A stretch of 63,058 nt of DNA, the filler included, from Pelomyxa schiedti (Eukaryota > Protista > Evosea): NCBI GenBank assembly GCA_020536535.1. It is 17 parts of 17 records of this genome, joined end to end, with 100 filler letters (N's around TTAATTAATTAA, not from the genome) between each part and the next. Parts side by side here need not be neighbours in the genome. Positions count along the whole stretch, not along the records: positions 57,184 to 60,599 come from JAHLWZ010001742.1; positions 60,700 to 61,792 come from JAHLWZ010002846.1; positions 61,893 to 63,058 come from JAHLWZ010002745.1; 14 more parts are not named here. One strand, written 5' to 3'. The translations under genes and the position numbers were made by a program. The first letter of the stretch is position 1; each line of letters starts with the position of its first letter. The notes beneath the pieces were generated by a model. The model was given only the letters and a program-made list of their open reading frames with translations. It was not told the origin of the DNA and made no database searches. Shown here one piece after another: positions 60,365 through 63,058 of this stretch.

Positions 60365-61892
60365 CACAAACAATTTTGTTTTTTAGCTTGATGTCCACTA
60401 CCCAAGTTGGGGGCAGGCTTCTAAAGAATGGACATCCACAGATGCAAGTTCTTGTAGACTGGAAGTAAAAACCAGACCATTGCAGAATCCTTCCTCGAGA
60501 GGATCCATTCCTCTCGAACTACACTGCGTGGTACCAGATCAACAGAACCCACGATTATTTATTATTATCTCTTTCTTTGTTCTTCACAAACTTAGTGGCN
60601 NNNNNNNNNNNNNNNNNNNNNNNNNNNNNNNNNNNNNNNNNNNTTAATTAATTAANNNNNNNNNNNNNNNNNNNNNNNNNNNNNNNNNNNNNNNNNNNNC
60701 AAGCCTTCTGCCAGTTGCCAGGTAATTATGTACTTTCGATTGTGACTGCTGATGCCATTACAGTGCAATCACTTTGGGTCAATCAGAACAGTGCAGAATT
60801 GATGAAAATCGGTCCAGGATAAGTGCATGAATATTGGGGTATGTGCTATCAGTATGCCAATGATAGTTCTGATGCCAGATGCAGGTTATGGTTGACTTGT
60901 GCAGTGATTGGTTGGAATTTGCATGAGGGCCGAATTTGCAGTGAATTGATGTGACTTGCAGGTATGTAGGAATGTTGGTGTGTAAATTAATTGAATGTAG
61001 GTGTTAGAATTCATGCTTGAGTTTGATGGCTGCGCCATGATGAGGATTTTGCTTTGATGCATGTGCTAGATGATGCTTGCAGGCTAAGGAATGAACTGTG
61101 AGATGTGGAGAAGTACTCTTGCCTCGATTTTGGTGTGTTCCAGTCACAGATCTCTCAGTATCTAACTGTTTTCATCCAGAAAGGGACTTGTGAGCGAATG
61201 AGCTTCCTTGGGACTCCAGTGCAATCGGTCCTTGAAGTGTGTGTAGCTTGGCATTGCCTGAATTGCCTAACATTGTTGCTGTAGATAAAGAATGCATTGC
61301 TGTCATGCAGGGCCGATATGTAGCATTGGAAATCAGTCCTCGAATTGCAACAGAGTTTGCTGTGCTTCAGATTTGCTTTCCAGAGTTCCTGCGCAATTCC
61401 AGGTATTCCTTTCCTGGTTGCTATTGCCAGAATAACTTATTCCATTGCAGGAGCTTTGAAACGATGTGAAAACGCCTTTGAAAACAGTGCTGATTCCTCC
61501 AGTGTCAGGTAAGAACAATTCCTTGTTCTCCGCCTAATAAATGACCAGAAATTCACCAAAGAGAGAATGCCTGAGTGCTTGGATGCCTTCCAATTCCGTG
61601 AATCTCTCAACAGAATTGTCATATTGTCATGCCAGTGCTGGTTTTGCAGCAAATTGCAATGGCGGCCAGAAATGCTTGGAGATCACAGCTATCAAATAGG
61701 TATGCATTCCCATTTGCTTTTGCAGCTGACTAACGAAAATAAGATTGCCTTGAAGCTGCAGCATGATGTAGAACTTGAATACAATGAGCTTGNNNNNNNN
61801 NNNNNNNNNNNNNNNNNNNNNNNNNNNNNNNNNNNNTTAATTAATTAANNNNNNNNNNNNNNNNNNNNNNNNNNNNNNNNNNNNNNNNNNNN

Positions 61893-62267
61893 TTCATGAG
61901 GAACCGCTTTCAACTTGTTGTCCACAAACTGCTTCAGAGTCTATTTTCCACCCACCCAATGAGCAACAATTTCGAGGGGGAAAAAAGGCAAAAGCGGGAG
62001 CGGAAAAAAAAAAGAAAAAACAAAACAAAACAACAAAGCACGCCCCAAGTTGGGGGGATAGAGGGTCACCTGACCTTGTTCAGGGTGACACGACAACCAA
62101 TCGATTGGTCCCGGTGAGGGTATCGGCACACGTGCTCCTGCAGATGCCACGGCGCGGGAGATGAGATCTCCGTCAACAAGGGCAGGGAACCCCACGATGC
62201 CGGATCTGTCCATCGCCCTCTGCACAATATCCTCCTCCTCCGCACACCTGCTCGTGCTGCTACTCAT
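61893..62267 (-). CDS. 5' fragment of a hypothetical gene divergent from Ran
   Basis: ATG at 62267 with a GC-rich exon and a probable intron near 61975-62067. Confidence 0.4.
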
Positions 62268-62637
62268 CCCTCTCTACTTTGGTTTTTACAGTTTCGTTTG
62301 GAGGAAAATCATCAGCAGAACTTCCCAGCTTCACAGAAGAAGTGTTACCCAAGAGGAACTTGTCGTTGTTCAGGGTGCTAGGCAGTTGTAGCTGCTACAA
62401 CCACTGTGGCTGGGACCCCGGATTCGGGTGTTCGACATCTACCCTCGCAACTTCCCAATAAGTTTTGATGAAGGAACTTCGCCGGGAAGTGAAGGGGAAA
62501 AAAACGGAACGGGGAACTTCTGTTTGTCTATTTAATGGATATCATCGCAACCCACATGCAAAACAACAAAGAAAAAACCAATACAATACACAGCAAAAAC
62601 ACACAAGAAGAAACCCAAACAAATTAGTTGAGAGACA

Positions 62638-63058
62638 ATGACAACATTGATCCAACAAGAGTCATCAACAATGGTTACAGTAGTACCAACAACAATGCCC
62701 ACATTCAAGTGCCTTGTTGTAGGTGATGGCGGTACTGGAAAAACAAGTATGCGTGAAATTCTGCTTTATCTTCATTGCCAACTGCGGACTGTTAATAACT
62801 CACTCATACATTTTATTTTATTTAATGACTTCTTTTTTTTTTTTTTTTTTCCCTTCTCATTGCTTATACAGCCTTTGTGAAGCGCCATCTGAGTGGAGAG
62901 TTTGAGAAAAAATATATTCGTGAGTGTTATAATTTTCAATGGTTGTTTCCTAATTCACACTCCAGCAACTCTCGGAGTCGAAGTTCACCCACTGGTTTTT
63001 GCAACAAGCTGTGGACCAATTCGGTTCAATGTTTGGGACACTGCAGGCCAAGAAAAGG
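62638..63058 (+). CDS. RAN: Ran GTPase, 5' part (truncated by window end)
   Basis: '[14 protein letters not shown]|.[15 protein letters not shown]|.[25 protein letters not shown]', with two introns. Confidence 0.95.

Noticed and set aside
60700-61792. Coding gene or retroelement on this contig
   Set aside because: There are only short interrupted ORFs and no recognisable motif.
1328-61892. Recurrent TTAATTAATTAA inside N runs as a biological repeat
   Set aside because: It is an artificial six-frame-stop linker. Adjacency across these linkers has no biological meaning.
60401-62056. Shared CCCAAGTTGGGGG near Rab18 (60401) and near Ran (62044) as a GTPase regulatory motif
   Set aside because: It is only 13 bp, and the second copy is about 590 bp from Ran, apparently in another gene's intron. 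Chance cannot be excluded.

Overview
This is eukaryotic DNA, not one continuous locus. About 17 contigs or scaffolds are concatenated with 100-nt N-TTAATTAATTAA-N spacers, and there are four plain 100-N gaps. Exact 121-bp overlaps at contig and gap edges suggest a de Bruijn assembly with k near 121. Genes are compact, with many short GT-AG introns. The gene content suggests a flagellated amoebozoan, possibly Pelomyxa-like Archamoebae (inference). Recognisable genes are eIF4G, RPLP1, the 3' end of eEF2, IFT22/RABL5, Rab18, the 5' part of Ran, an ADF/cofilin-like gene, an acid ceramidase/NAAA N-terminus, a WD40 protein, a RING/TRAF-type protein (two copies), a TRIM-like RING-Bbox-FN3-Gly-rich protein, a Pro-Thr/UVR/RUN protein and four tRNA genes. 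The three most interesting signals are: (1) a 323-bp repeat element inserted at the 5' end of tRNA-Gln(TTG) with a 15-bp direct repeat that leaves the tRNA intact, with a second copy elsewhere in the window; (2) a 1.06-kb structure of two divergent cassettes that share perfect 46-bp inner and 41-bp outer ends but carry different cargo; (3) an array of quasi-palindromic TGYAAC-N3/4-GGTGCA motifs. All family assignments come from recognising motifs by eye; no searches were run.
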